Assembly (NCBI GenBank): GCA_003971905.1
Contig: RSEE01000036.1
Location: 1-64,000 of the forward strand
Origin: Moniliella sp. 'wahieum'
Lineage: Eukaryota
Length of the DNA: 64,000 nucleotides
Reading direction: 5' to 3'
The translations under genes were made by a program, and so were the position numbers. Below, one piece after another: positions 39,801-51,179 of the stretch. The notes beneath the pieces were generated by a model, which saw nothing but the letters and a program-made list of their open reading frames with translations, ran no database searches and was not told where the DNA came from. How positions within the stretch are numbered: the first letter of the stretch is position 1; each line of letters starts with the position of its first letter.

Positions 39801-41190
39801 TCACCTCGCTTCTCCCCCTCAGGTCGGATCGGTCGACGACAGAGTTGAAGTAATAGGCTGTGGGTCAGCCGTGAACTGCGCGGCCAGAGTTTCGTTCAAG
39901 GGAACACACTCACTTGAGTTTTGGTTCGTGGGACCCACAGCCCCACTACATCCGCCCGTGCCAAGCAGTTATAGTTACGCTCCCACAAGAGCGAAGACGC
40001 GCGCACAGTTGCTCTGCTTCAAAGTTGAGGGAACCCAGCAATGCTCATCATAGCACAGCAGGCGCGATTTTCCCTCATGCTACCCACACGGACTTTGCAG
40101 GGGAGGCGCGAAAGTCGTCCATTTTCCACAGTGGGCACCCCAAGGGCGGCGGGGGGGGGGTGGAAACATATGAACGCTGCTCCACGGAAGAGGTGGCTCC
40201 GCATCAAACAGGTGAGGCTCAAAGCATTTTGAAGGAGGGCGGTGGATCCGATCCGATGTGTGTGGAGTAGGGACAACGGGGAGGTTATAATCATTTGCAG
40301 CACGTGGTTTTCGGTATGACGCTAACAGGTAAGGAATGGGTAGGATTTGCCGGCGGACAAAAAGCATTGAGGTGTGATGGGTGGCGACCGCCACAACGAG
40401 AGTGACGTGAGTGCGGCCGTGTTGCGTGGGCAAGTTAAGAAAAAGCCAAGCACAGGCACAAACAACCCAACCAGAGTGCATAAAATCACAGCCCCCCACT
40501 ACACTCACATGAACTAAAGAGGGTGGAAAATAGGAAGAGAGGCTGAAGGATGTAAGCAAACCACCCGGTAATAATACCGGTAAGAGAAGCGGACAGAGAT
40601 ATGGATAGAAGGCAAGTGCCGGCGGCGGGAAGGAAAATGTTTTGCCTATTATATGCGATAGATGGATTGATGGGGTGATGATGGAATGGCAACATCTCCC
40701 GGCACAGGAGAATACAGAGGCAGAAGCAGTAAAATACAGGTCGATTGTGGTCGTCCAGCGGGGCCAGCAAAGCGTACTACCCTTGAGTTCCAGAAGCTAC
40801 TAGCAGCCTCGCCCATGACATGTGCTCAAGTCGTTCGCGTTCGAATGGCGAAGACTGCTGATGGCGAAAGCTGCCGGCGCTGGCAGGCTTCGCCCGGACA
40901 ATCCTATACCCGTGTCCATCCTACCCACATTCGCCCGGGCATACTGGTGGGATATATGCAAAATGGAACGAGATGATCCAAACCAACCAGCTCTGCAATC
41001 CTTACTAATAGTCCTGCGGTACGGGTTTGCTGTTGTTAGTTGGCCTACCTAGTACAATACAGACTGACTGGGAAACTAGAACCTGTACCAACCTAGCTTC
41101 TGACTCCCCCCCCCCACCACAGCGTACGATCGGAGCAGCAGACGTGAATGCAAGGATAAAGTCGACGGTACACAGACAGCCATTCGTTCG

Positions 41191-42602
41191 TCAGTTGTGT
41201 TCCTTGAGCGGGGTAGCCTGGCCGGCCTTGACGTTGCCCCAGCCAATCAGACGCCAGTGCTTGTCCACACGCCGCGACAGCGCGACCTTTTCATCATAGT
41301 CGGCGCACACGGGCTTGGTGAGTGCGATGCGCACCATGTCCGCCTTGATCGACAGCACCCTTCCGCCCGTGGTGAGGGATCCAATGGAGAGCATCAGTAC
41401 CTCTCCCGCCTCGAGTTTGCGCACCTTGACCTGTTTCTTGTCGTCGGACGCGACACCCAACAGCCGACGCAGGAGGAAGTAGGACAGCTCGAGTTCATGG
41501 TATACCGTCGGCAGCGACCCCGTCTCGCCGAGTACTTGTCCCACAATCCCATCTCCGCGACACAGCGTCGGGTCCATCTTGGTCCCAGCGCCAATCAGGC
41601 CACCAGGCACGGCAAAGTCCAAGTTGTTGTGTTCCGCATGGAGCGAGACGACACGGGTTTGGATGGGCATGGTGAGCAGGTTGCCCTGCTCATCTCGGGT
41701 GCTCAAACCGGGCCGCACCTCCACTTTTTGGCCAACCTTGAGAACGCCGCGGAGGATCGAGCCACCGGCCACACCGCCCTGCAACTCCTCCACCTCTGCG
41801 CCGGGCTTGTTGACGTCAAAGGAACGGATGATGATCAGGCGGGCCGGGGCGGTAAAGTCGCGGATGGGGATGGGGATGGTGGTGACCAGCTGTTCCAGGA
41901 CAGCATCAATGTTGTACTTGAGCTGGGCGCAGATGGGCACGATGGGTGAGTTGGCAGCTTGGGTTTTGTGGGTGAATCGCTTGATTTGGCGCCAATGTTC
42001 CTGGGCGGCCTCTTCGCGGATGAGGTCGACCTTGTTTTGAAGGATGATAATGTGGTCCAGCCGCATAATCTCCACGGCGGCCAAGTGCTCCGACGTTTGC
42101 GGCTGCGGGCAGGGCTCGTTGGCGGCGACAGGAGCAGTGCGGCGTCCATGACGGCGGCACCGTTGAGCATTGTGGCCATCAGGATGTCGTGTCCGGGGCA
42201 ATCGACAAAGGAGACGTGACGGACGAGGTTGAGGGTGCCGGGGCCGGGGCGGGCGCACTTGGGGTGGTCCTCGGTGTCACTGGGGAAGGAGGCATAGTTG
42301 CCGGGGCGGAGGCAGTCGGGGTTGTCGCACTTGTAGATCTTGGCGTTGGCGTAGCCGAGCTTGATGGTGATGTTGCGCACGAGCTCGTTCTTGAAGCGGA
42401 CGGTCTGGACGCCGGAGATGGCCTTGACTACGGTGGACTTGCCGTGGGCGACATGGCCGATGGTGCCGATGTTGATGGTGGCCTGGCGGCGGATGACCTC
42501 GGGGGAGAGGGGGGTGAGGGCGGTGGCGTCGACGCGGATGTTGCGGACGCCGTCGGTGATGCTGTCGATGGTGGCCGGAGCCTGGAGCTCGTCGAAGGCC
42601 AT
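41191..42602 (-). CDS. GCD11: Eukaryotic translation initiation factor 2 subunit gamma
   Basis: [114 protein letters not shown]; intronless, one frameshift ~42125. Confidence 0.98.
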
Positions 42603-42734
42603 GGGGGGTGCGGGGGGGTACGGGAGGCGGTGGCGGTGGTGGAGGCGGCGATGGCGGCGATGGCGATGGGCGAAGAAGGCCTCGACTTACGTACGACGGC
42701 AACTGGCCGAGTGGCGCGGCGCTGAGGTAAGCGG

Positions 42735-42780
42735 CACGTGGCAACCCTAGCGGGGAGGTGGCGCGGGGGCGCTAGGGTTG
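42735..42780. promoter_or_regulatory. CACGTG E-box plus 11-bp inverted repeat CAACCCTAGCG-N17-CGCTAGGGTTG in a divergent promoter
   Basis: Read directly between the eIF2-gamma start and the next plus-strand gene. Confidence 0.55.
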
Positions 42781-42883
42781 TGGGGATGTCCGTCCCAGAT
42801 ATTTGCCTCGCGAGAAGAAGCAGCGGGAACCAACACCACTCATTCGTCCCACTCACTCCCCCAGCAGCGCGCCGGCGGGTCCG

Positions 42884-45800
42884 ATGCCTGCCTGCGTCCC
42901 CGCCACGGCGCCTGCCCCCCCCACCACCTCCTCCTTCTCCCGCGCCCTCGCCACCGCCACCGCCTTCCGCAGCCGCATCCCCATCCCCATCCCCATCCCC
43001 ATCCCCAGCCCCTTCTCCTTCCCCCGCTCCGCGCCTTCGCCTCCCGCCCGCCGCGCCCCCCATTAGCTGCGTCTTCCGCGCCCCGCCGCCCGCCGCCAGC
43101 TGCGCTTCACCCCCCCCCCGCCCCCGCCGCCCACGCCCCCCGCGCCTCACCCAGCACGACCTCCAGACCATCCCCCTCGCGCGCCTCTTCAAGGGCGCGC
43201 TGGCCACGCGCTTCCGGCCCAGCCCCGCCCAGCTCGCCTCGCTGCACCATGCGCCCGAAACGCTGGAGCAGCTGTACAACCTCGCCCAGCGCTGGCCCGA
43301 CGGCGGTGTGCCTGCCGCGTCGAGCATCGCGCCCGAGGACCTGCTGCTGGAGCTGCACACACGCGCGGCATCCACGAGCGTGAGTTTGTAGCGTGGTGTG
43401 TGGGGCTGGCGTGCACGACGTTTGAGGATCTGCACCGGACCATGGCCATCAGTGGCGCCTGGTCTGGCCCACGTTTCTGCTCAAAAGGGCGATTGAGCTG
43501 TCGCGCACGCCCAAGCATGTGCTCCTCCTCCAGTCGTCCTTGGACCTCTCCCTCGCCGCCGGGTCCGGCTCGGTGGTGGGCAGCGCCCATCTCATTCGTC
43601 TCGCGACCGATCACTGGCTGGTCCACCATCGCTGGACCCAATTCGCGCCCTGGATCACCAGCTTGGCCACCCCCTCACCCGTCTCACCCTCATCCAGCGC
43701 GACCATCTCCCCATTCCCCTCGTCCCCCCTGCCGACGCTCCCACCCAAGACGAACCCGAGGCAGAGGAGCAGGGCAGAGACGGGATCCGGGGCGGAGAAG
43801 CTACGGGAGCGTTGGCCCTGTTTGGCCGCGCCATCGTACCTACTGGGGAAGCCTTGCGCGACACATTCGACCCCACCGACACCAAGGCGGATAATACCAC
43901 GACTGCTACTAATACTACCACCACTACCACTACCGCCAATACCACCACTACCAGCACCAGTACCACCCCCAGTCCTGCCTCCCCCCCCTCGATGGCGCCT
44001 CGTTTTGCTGGCTCGCACGCGGCGCAACCGCGCAAGTTCATCTCCCGGCCCTCGCGGGAGACGTGGCAGTTACACTGGCAGCCTGTGACGCAAGCGCGGC
44101 AGACGCTGATGCATGTGCGCAAGGCATTGTTAGCGCTGGACAGGGAGGGGGAGGCAGGTGAGGCGTTGGGGCACCTGGAAGAGTTTATGGGGCAGCACGC
44201 GACGTTGGAGATGGAAGATACAGAGGTGGCGACGCGCGAGTTGGCACGGTTGTTGCAACAGGCGCACGTTGCGCTTCCCGATCTGACGCACGCCTTTGGC
44301 GTTGCCGAGATGGCCCAGCCCGAGCGGAAACGCAAGGTGGTGGATCGGTTTGTGCAGACGATTTTAGATGCGGTGCAGGATTACCTTGCGTCGCCCATGG
44401 CGGATGCGGGCGGTGGGGTGGCACGCGTGCAAGCGGTGGGCAAGCGGGCGATGGAGCTGTGCGAACGGCTCGAGTCGAACGATGGCGTGCTGAGTCTGTG
44501 GATCTTGTTGGAAGAGGCCGAGGTGCCGGTGAGCGTGGAGGTGCTGACGTTGGCGACGGTGGCGCTGATCCGGGTGCGACAGTGGCCGGAAGGGCGGGCG
44601 CTGTTGGCGAACCATTTGCGTGTGGTGGGCGACGGCGACGGCGACGACGGGCTGCTGCAGGGCACGTCGATGCTGCTGAAGCGGACGCTGGAGGTACTCT
44701 TTCCCACCTCGCCCGCCATGGCGTTCGTCTGGTTTGACATGGCGGTCGTGCGCCACGGCATCCGGCCCGACACGGCGTGTCTGGACCTGGCGCTGCGGTG
44801 TGCCTGCAAGGCCTCCTACCCGTTCTACCACCCGCGCAAGGGCAGGGGCGCCAACTGGACTGCCGCCCTCGCCCGCTCCACTGTGCCCTGGCTCACCCGC
44901 CACACGGCCCACCTGCTCGTCGGCCCCCGGCTCGGCTGGCACGCCCTGCCGCCCATAGCCTTGGCCGCGCAGATGTTCCGCACGCGCTGCTGGGCCAGGC
45001 GCCCAAGTTGGCCCAGCTCGCCCATCCGCTCGAGGAGCAGCGCGCACGCCGTCGCACGGGCACGGCACCGCCACCGGCTCCAACCCGCGCTCCGCCACCA
45101 ACGCCAACGCCAACGTCAACACCCCTGCCCGGCGTTGGTTCACCGCAGCGATTGTGGACGCGCTTCTGCCGGCGCGGACATGGGAGCGAGCACGGGCGGT
45201 CGCGCCGGCGGCCCCCCCATCTCCATCTCCATCTCCATCTCCTCCATCTCCATCTCCATCTCCATCTCCATCTCCATCTCCATCTCCATCTCCATCTCCA
45301 TCTCCATCTCCATCTCCATCTCCATCTCCATCTCCATCTCCATCTCCATCTCCATCTCCAACTTCGCCTACGCCTACGCCTACGCCGCGGGTGTATGACG
45401 CAGACGCAGACGCAGACGCGGAGACAGAGGCGGACGATGCGGCGACCGCGTACGCAAACCCGACCGCTGCCGCTGCGGCCCAGTCGGAGGAGGTGGTAGC
45501 GGCGTTCTGGGAACGGTGGCGGCGCTCGGGGCGGGGCAAGCGCTGTACTTTGATGCGCGTCTGTGCGAGGCGTATGCGCTGGCGGTGTACCAGCTGCAGC
45601 TGGCGCGGGCGGCGGTGGGGCGGGGCGGGGGCCGCCGCTGGAGGGGGCAGCGGAGGACGAGGTGGTGGTGCTGGTGGGGTGGCAGCGGCAGCTGTCTGTC
45701 CGGCCGACGCGGCTGACGTTGGCGCTGGCGCTGCTGGATGCCGAGGCGGGCGGGGAGCGGGCGGAGCTGAGTGCGTGGATCGCCGCCTGGCTCGGGCACG

Positions 45801-45913
45801 ACGCGGTGCCGAGCGAGGCGGAGGTGGAGTATGTGCGGCAGGTGTGGGCCGACGCGTTTGAGAACGCGCAGATGGCGGACACGCCTTTGGAGCTGCGCGC
45901 CCCGCCTAGCTGA
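42884..45913 (+). CDS. Hypothetical helical-repeat (PPR-like) protein, frameshifted
   Basis: Long ORFs 42738-43391, 43519-44088, 43812-45398, 45154-45861, 45563-45913; PPR-like FDMAVVRHGIRPDTACLDLALRCAC; start uncertain. Confidence 0.55.
45217..45360. repeat. (CCATCT)n hexamer microsatellite, about 24 units, within the CDS
   Basis: Read directly; encodes (PS)n in the frame of ORF 45154-45861. Confidence 0.95.
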
Positions 45914-46675
45914 TGGATCCGACGCCGATTCTCGTACGTGTCCTCCATCGTCCCATCCTCCTCGCTCCTCGCTCCTCTTTCTTCCCGCGGCCGTGCGCCT
46001 TGCGACGGCGCGAAGACGGCCTGGACGCGGCACCAAGGAATAACAGCTGGCGCGACGGATGGCCCGTCGCCGAGCCGAGATGGAGACAAAGCATCCAAAG
46101 TGGAGGGCCAGGTAGTCGTAGGTAATGTCTAGTCCAGTCGGTAGCTTCCACCGTCGCCGCGCCTCTTGCACAAGACAGTTCCGCACAGCACGACAGAAAC
46201 GATTTCCATTGGAGAAAGTCTGCTGTCCATTTTTAACCCCCATCTCGCCCATCTCGCCTACTGGCCTCGCTCTCACCGGCAAGCGTGCCCTGCCCCGCCA
46301 TCCTACCTCTCCTATCATCTGCCGACCGCCTGCGTGAGCACAGGCTCGAGAGGTTGGGTTGGAGCCCAACAAGCACCCCTTCCTCCCCGTCTTCCTTACC
46401 GTTTGGCACGCAATCTGCGGTGTCCAGTATGCATTTTGGTCTGCGCCGCCTCGTCCACCCCTGCCTTCACGTGCATAGTGCGAGCAAGGTGGAAGCAGGG
46501 GGTGAGGGGGCCAGGGTGACGGACGGACGATGAGATCGATGAGACCTGAGGCCTACCCGAGACCTAACCTGAGGGGCTTGAGACCTCCCGCCTGAGGCTC
46601 AGGCCTAAGGACCTGACGCACGCGCCTTCCCCCTACCATCCTGGGTCGCCGCCCAGGCAGGTACAGCATTGCGCG

Positions 46676-48903
46676 TTACGCCGCAATGACCGCGCGGACG
46701 AGCTCGACGTAGGCCGGGGGGATCCAAGTGCGGGAGGTCTTCCAAAAGGACGCGAGGGCGTCGAGATAGGTGGTGTCGAGGTGGGGGAAGTACCAAGCCG
46801 GGCTAGGCAGCAAGGTGATAAACCGAGGGTGTTGAATGGCCAGCGCTTGGTCCACCATATCTTCCCAACCGTTGACCAGGACGAGGTGTTGGGCCGCGGG
46901 ACCGAGGTGCGCTTCGATCTGCGGTCGAAAGTCGATCCAGTCCTCGCCGGGCGGGTCGTGCAGGCGGACGCGCACGTCGACCGCACGAGCGGACACGGAG
47001 CTAGAACTGGCACTGGAACTGCTCCCGTCCGATACGCGAGGCAGAATCAACGGTCGTAACAATGCAACGGCGGCATGTACACCCGCCACGCAAACACGTG
47101 CACGTCGATCCCCTGTGTCTCTCCTGCTCCTACTCCTGCTCCTTGGGCACCCGCGGGGTGGGACGCATAAAACTCGCGCCACGCCTGGTGGGGCAGGATC
47201 TCGTGCGGCGGGGTGGAGATGGCGGTACTCGGGGGCCAAAGTAGACTTTGTTCCTCGCCCCGTCCCGTTGCGGCCAGCATAGCGGCCTGGTTGATGGCGC
47301 GAAAGGAAGGGATGACGCCGGCCTGGTGGATCAGCGAAAAGAAGAGCGCTGTCAAGATGCCCTGGGTCACATGGACTCGGAAGAACCACTTCCACGACTG
47401 GGAGCAGGAGTTGGAGCGGGAGCGCGGAGCGGGGCCTTGCGTGCTGGCGCTGGAGCTGGCACTGGAACTGGAGTCGGAAGCGTCAGGTGGGCCGGCCCGC
47501 GGAGCGAAGAGGGAGGCAGCGACGAGCGTGCATGTGGGCGCGAGGAGGGGCGCGAGGAAGCGCGGTTCCTGGTGAGGCTGGATCGAGAGACCGAGCAGGG
47601 GACAAGCAGGGTCCAGCTCAGCACTGCGTCCACCCCAGGAACGGAGAGGTTACAACGTCGCGTCAGAACAGGCGAGGCAGGCAGAACGAAATGCATGCGC
47701 AGTGTGGGGAGATGGAGATGAGAGGGGTGACGTACGACACAGGAGCGGGAGCGAGGTGTTCCAAGCCCCGAGGAGGGCGGGAGGGGGTAGATGGGCTTGC
47801 CGTCAGCGTCCCTGGTGGGACGGAAGGAGCGCGCGAGGACGACGAGAGCGACGCACACGCCCACCCCCACGTCAAGGAGCCCATCATGATTGGGCCATTG
47901 ACCACGGCATGGAGCCAGCGCGGATGGGTGCCATGGAGGGCCAAGTTGGATGCGTTGGCATTGTAGCGTGCTGCATTCCAGGGCGCAACAACGGGCGGCC
48001 AAAAGGTGCTGTACGTGCCCGTGGGCGCCCAGCGCCACCACCAAACCCGTCCGCCCGCGCCGGCACAAGCACATGGAAGATCCAAGTGTCGAGCGCAATG
48101 TGCAGCGCGCTCGTCCCGGCAAAGCCCACCAGACCGGGCACGAGATTGGCCACGAGCGGACCCACAGGGGAGGCCGCCGGTGCAGGCGCACGCGGGCCTG
48201 GACGTCGGGCAGAGTAGCGACCTGGTAGACGTGGAGAAAGTAGAGCACCGCAGGCAGGGCAAAGAGCGGGAAGGTGAAGCGGGCAAACAAGCCCAGCGCG
48301 CCCACGGCGCCCAGGAGGAAGGTGAACAGGGCCCATCGCGCTTGCCACGCCGTTACGGCAGCCGGTGACAGGGCAGACGCGAGGGTGCGCAGGCGGGCCA
48401 GTTCCTGGACAAGCACCAGCACGGCGGCAAGCAGGAGCGCTTCGAGGGTGTTGGAGAAGGGCCGCGGGAGGATGGAGAGACTGGCGGCGGTGGTGATGGA
48501 CAGGAGGCGTGCGGCGCGTTGGACGGGCACGGGCGCGTGGGCGCGCTGGAGGAGCTGGGCAAAGAGCCAGTCGTGGGCGGTGAGGAAGAGGAGGAAGGTG
48601 GCGCGCTCGAGGAAGAAGATGTGGGACGCGGACAGGAACCAGCCCAGGTGGCGGTACACGCAGGCGGCCAGCAGAAGCGCGCCTGGGACCAGACGATGGT
48701 CGTGGCGGAGCGGGCGGGGCGACGGGGTTGAACTCCCAGGGGACGGCCATCTTTTCGCGCTGGGCGCCGCCGTCGCGCGGGAGGAGAACGGCGGCGGCAA
48801 ACTCACCGCTTTGGTGCCACTCGTCGGGGTGGATGTAGCCGGGGCCAAAGAGGCAGAGCAGCGCGCGGAGCGCGAGGGGGAAGACATGCCAGAAGGACGC
48901 CAT
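46676..48903 (-). CDS. SMP3: GPI mannosyltransferase 4 (Smp3/PIG-Z, Alg9-like GT22 family)
   Basis: [100 protein letters not shown]; frameshifted. Confidence 0.92.
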
Positions 48904-49479
48904 CCTTGGCGACGGTGGTGCGCAGCCAACGGTGGCGGCGGGGGTACCCGAGCCCGAGGCGGGGTGCCACGTGGCCGTTGCGCTCGTGCACCCGTTCGCA
49001 CCGCCGTCGGCGGTGCCCAAGACTGCAACGAAGATGGGCTCTACGAACGAGACGGATCTGCGGATGGGTGGCTACCTGTCTGTGTGCGGGCGCAGTCGAC
49101 GCTAGACACGGCATGCCATGTGATTGGCACGATTGGCCCCGGGGACGCAGCCCAACCTGCTACGTACATGTCCAGCGCATCGCCCCGTCGAGCAGGTCGG
49201 GGGGAAGGGGTGGCCAGGCGGCGCGCGAGACGCAGCGAGGGTAGAGGTGGAGGAGGGAGGTATGGATGGATGGATGGATGGATGGTGGTGATGGCGATGG
49301 CGATGGCCATGGCGGTGCTGCGGGTGCCGACGACCGTCCGGCGCGGCCGGGACGCATGCCGGACACGCTGCCCATTCCGCCGTGCCGCGCGCCGCGATTC
49401 CGCGCGCAGGGTCCGTGCACAGCGGCGCACCCCGAAGCTCCCTCTAACCCCCCACCGCCTCGTCCGTCGTCCGCCCCCC

Positions 49480-50493
49480 ATGAGCTGCAACTTCTCCTCG
49501 GGCGCCCCCATCACCGCCGGCCTCTTCCACTCCCGCGGCCCCACCCACGACCACTCCCACGGCCACGGCCACTCCCACGAGCACGGCGGCGAGCACGGCC
49601 ACACCCACGAGGTCCTCGAGCACCCCGGCAAGTTTACCGAGCGCTCTGTGCCCGATTGGCGTTCGCGCGACTTTTCCGAGCGTGCGTTCACCGTCGGCAT
49701 TGGCGGCCCCGTCGGCAGTGGCAAGACGGCGCTGCTGCTGGCACTGTGCGAGGCGTTGCGTGACACGAACAGTCTCGCCGTCGTGACCAACGATATCTTT
49801 ACACGCGAAGACGCCGAGTTTTTGACCATGCACGCTGCCCTCACCCCGCCCGAACGCATTGCGGCGGTCGAGACGGGCGGGTGCCCGCATGCTGCGATCC
49901 GCGAAGACGTCAGTGCCAACTTGGCTGCGCTCGAACGGCTCCATGCCCAGTTTGACACCAACCTGCTCTTTGTCGAGTCGGGCGGGGACAACTTGGCGGC
50001 TGCGTTTAGTGTCGAGCTGGCCGACTTTCACATTTATGGTACGTTTTCTTTTTCTTTCTTCTTTGGTTTCTTGGCCTCCCTCTCCCCCCTATGCTTGCTT
50101 GGAGTGGGGGGTTAGGCGCCCATACGGAGAGCGTCTGATAGACAGCGCCGGAGGAGGGGCAACGTGCTGTAGCTCCAAGGCTAGGCGGGGAAGCTTACAT
50201 GTGCTGACGGTACGAACGACACACAGTGATTGACGTGGCGCGGCGACAAGGTGCCGCGGAAAGGCGGTCCGGGGATTTCGCAAGCGGATGTATTGGTGAT
50301 CAACAAGATTGATCTGGCACCGCTGGTTGGGGCTGACTTGAGTGTGATGGCGCGCGATGCGTCGACGATGCGCGACGGTGCGCCCACCGTGTTCACGGCG
50401 GTCAAGTCGCGTGACGGGGTGCAGGCGGTGGTGGACCTAGTCCTGGCTGCCAGACAGCAGGCCTTGGCGCAAAAGGCGGTGCAGATGGGCTAG
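49480..50493 (+). CDS. ureG: Urease accessory GTPase UreG with His-rich N-terminus
   Basis: [64 protein letters not shown]; intron 50039-50226; [26 protein letters not shown]. Confidence 0.96.
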
Positions 50494-50662
50494 GGATGCA
50501 CTGCTCGGTGGTGCTGGCATGGTACATGAATTGATCTGTTGCTTTTGACCAGCCATCTGAGCTTCTTACGCGGCCAACCTTCAACTGTAGTAGGCAGGGG
50601 GGTGCATAATGCGAGAGAGAGGGGGGGCAGGATGGAAAACACGATGCGAGAGAAAGAGACCT

Positions 50663-50694
<32 letters not shown>

Positions 50695-51179
50695 AACAGC
50701 ACAGCTCGAGGACCAACACGAACGAGCGCACGGAAGCGCCGACGGGCGGAACAAGATGACTTCCTCAACTCACAGTCCGTTCAGGGAAGGGAGTAGGGGA
50801 CGCAACGGATCGGGCCAGAAGAGGGACAAGGGGAAGGAAGGGCGCAGCGCAGTGCTGGCAAGGGCCCAATGAGTCCGCCCAAGGAAAGTTGTGGTCATGA
50901 TCGGCCGAGTGGGGTGGAGATATGCGTTGCTGGATAGCGAGGACCTCGGCGGGACGGAGCGGGGCTTGGCAATATCAACTTCACCCTCGTTGGCGCCTGG
51001 CGTCCTCGCCCCCCCCAGCCCCCCGCCATCGACAGGAACGCGTCCGCCAATGGGGGCCCCGCGACGCGCGGCGAAGCCAAGGCGTACATAATACTGCACC
51101 CGCCCACGCCATGAATCAATCTCTCCAAGGTGGAAACCAACTGGATTCGTGCGTTCTTGGGGGTCTATTCTGGTTTGCT

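Larger units (their letters stand above)
23150..41150. other. Gene-free, lower-GC, TE-built block: candidate regional centromere
   Basis: No recognisable host gene between UGM and eIF2-gamma; visible drop in GC; nested LTR elements and fossils; microsatellites essentially absent. Confidence 0.6.

Noticed and set aside
41191..42602. eIF2-gamma and other frameshifted genes as pseudogenes or programmed frameshifts
   Set aside because: Essential, highly conserved sequences with only isolated indels; the same pattern window-wide points to assembly error
50663..50689. Long poly-G tract (also poly-C ~7805 and poly-G ~927) as a G-quadruplex element
   Set aside because: Simple homopolymers whose length is unreliable in this assembly; no further evidence of function
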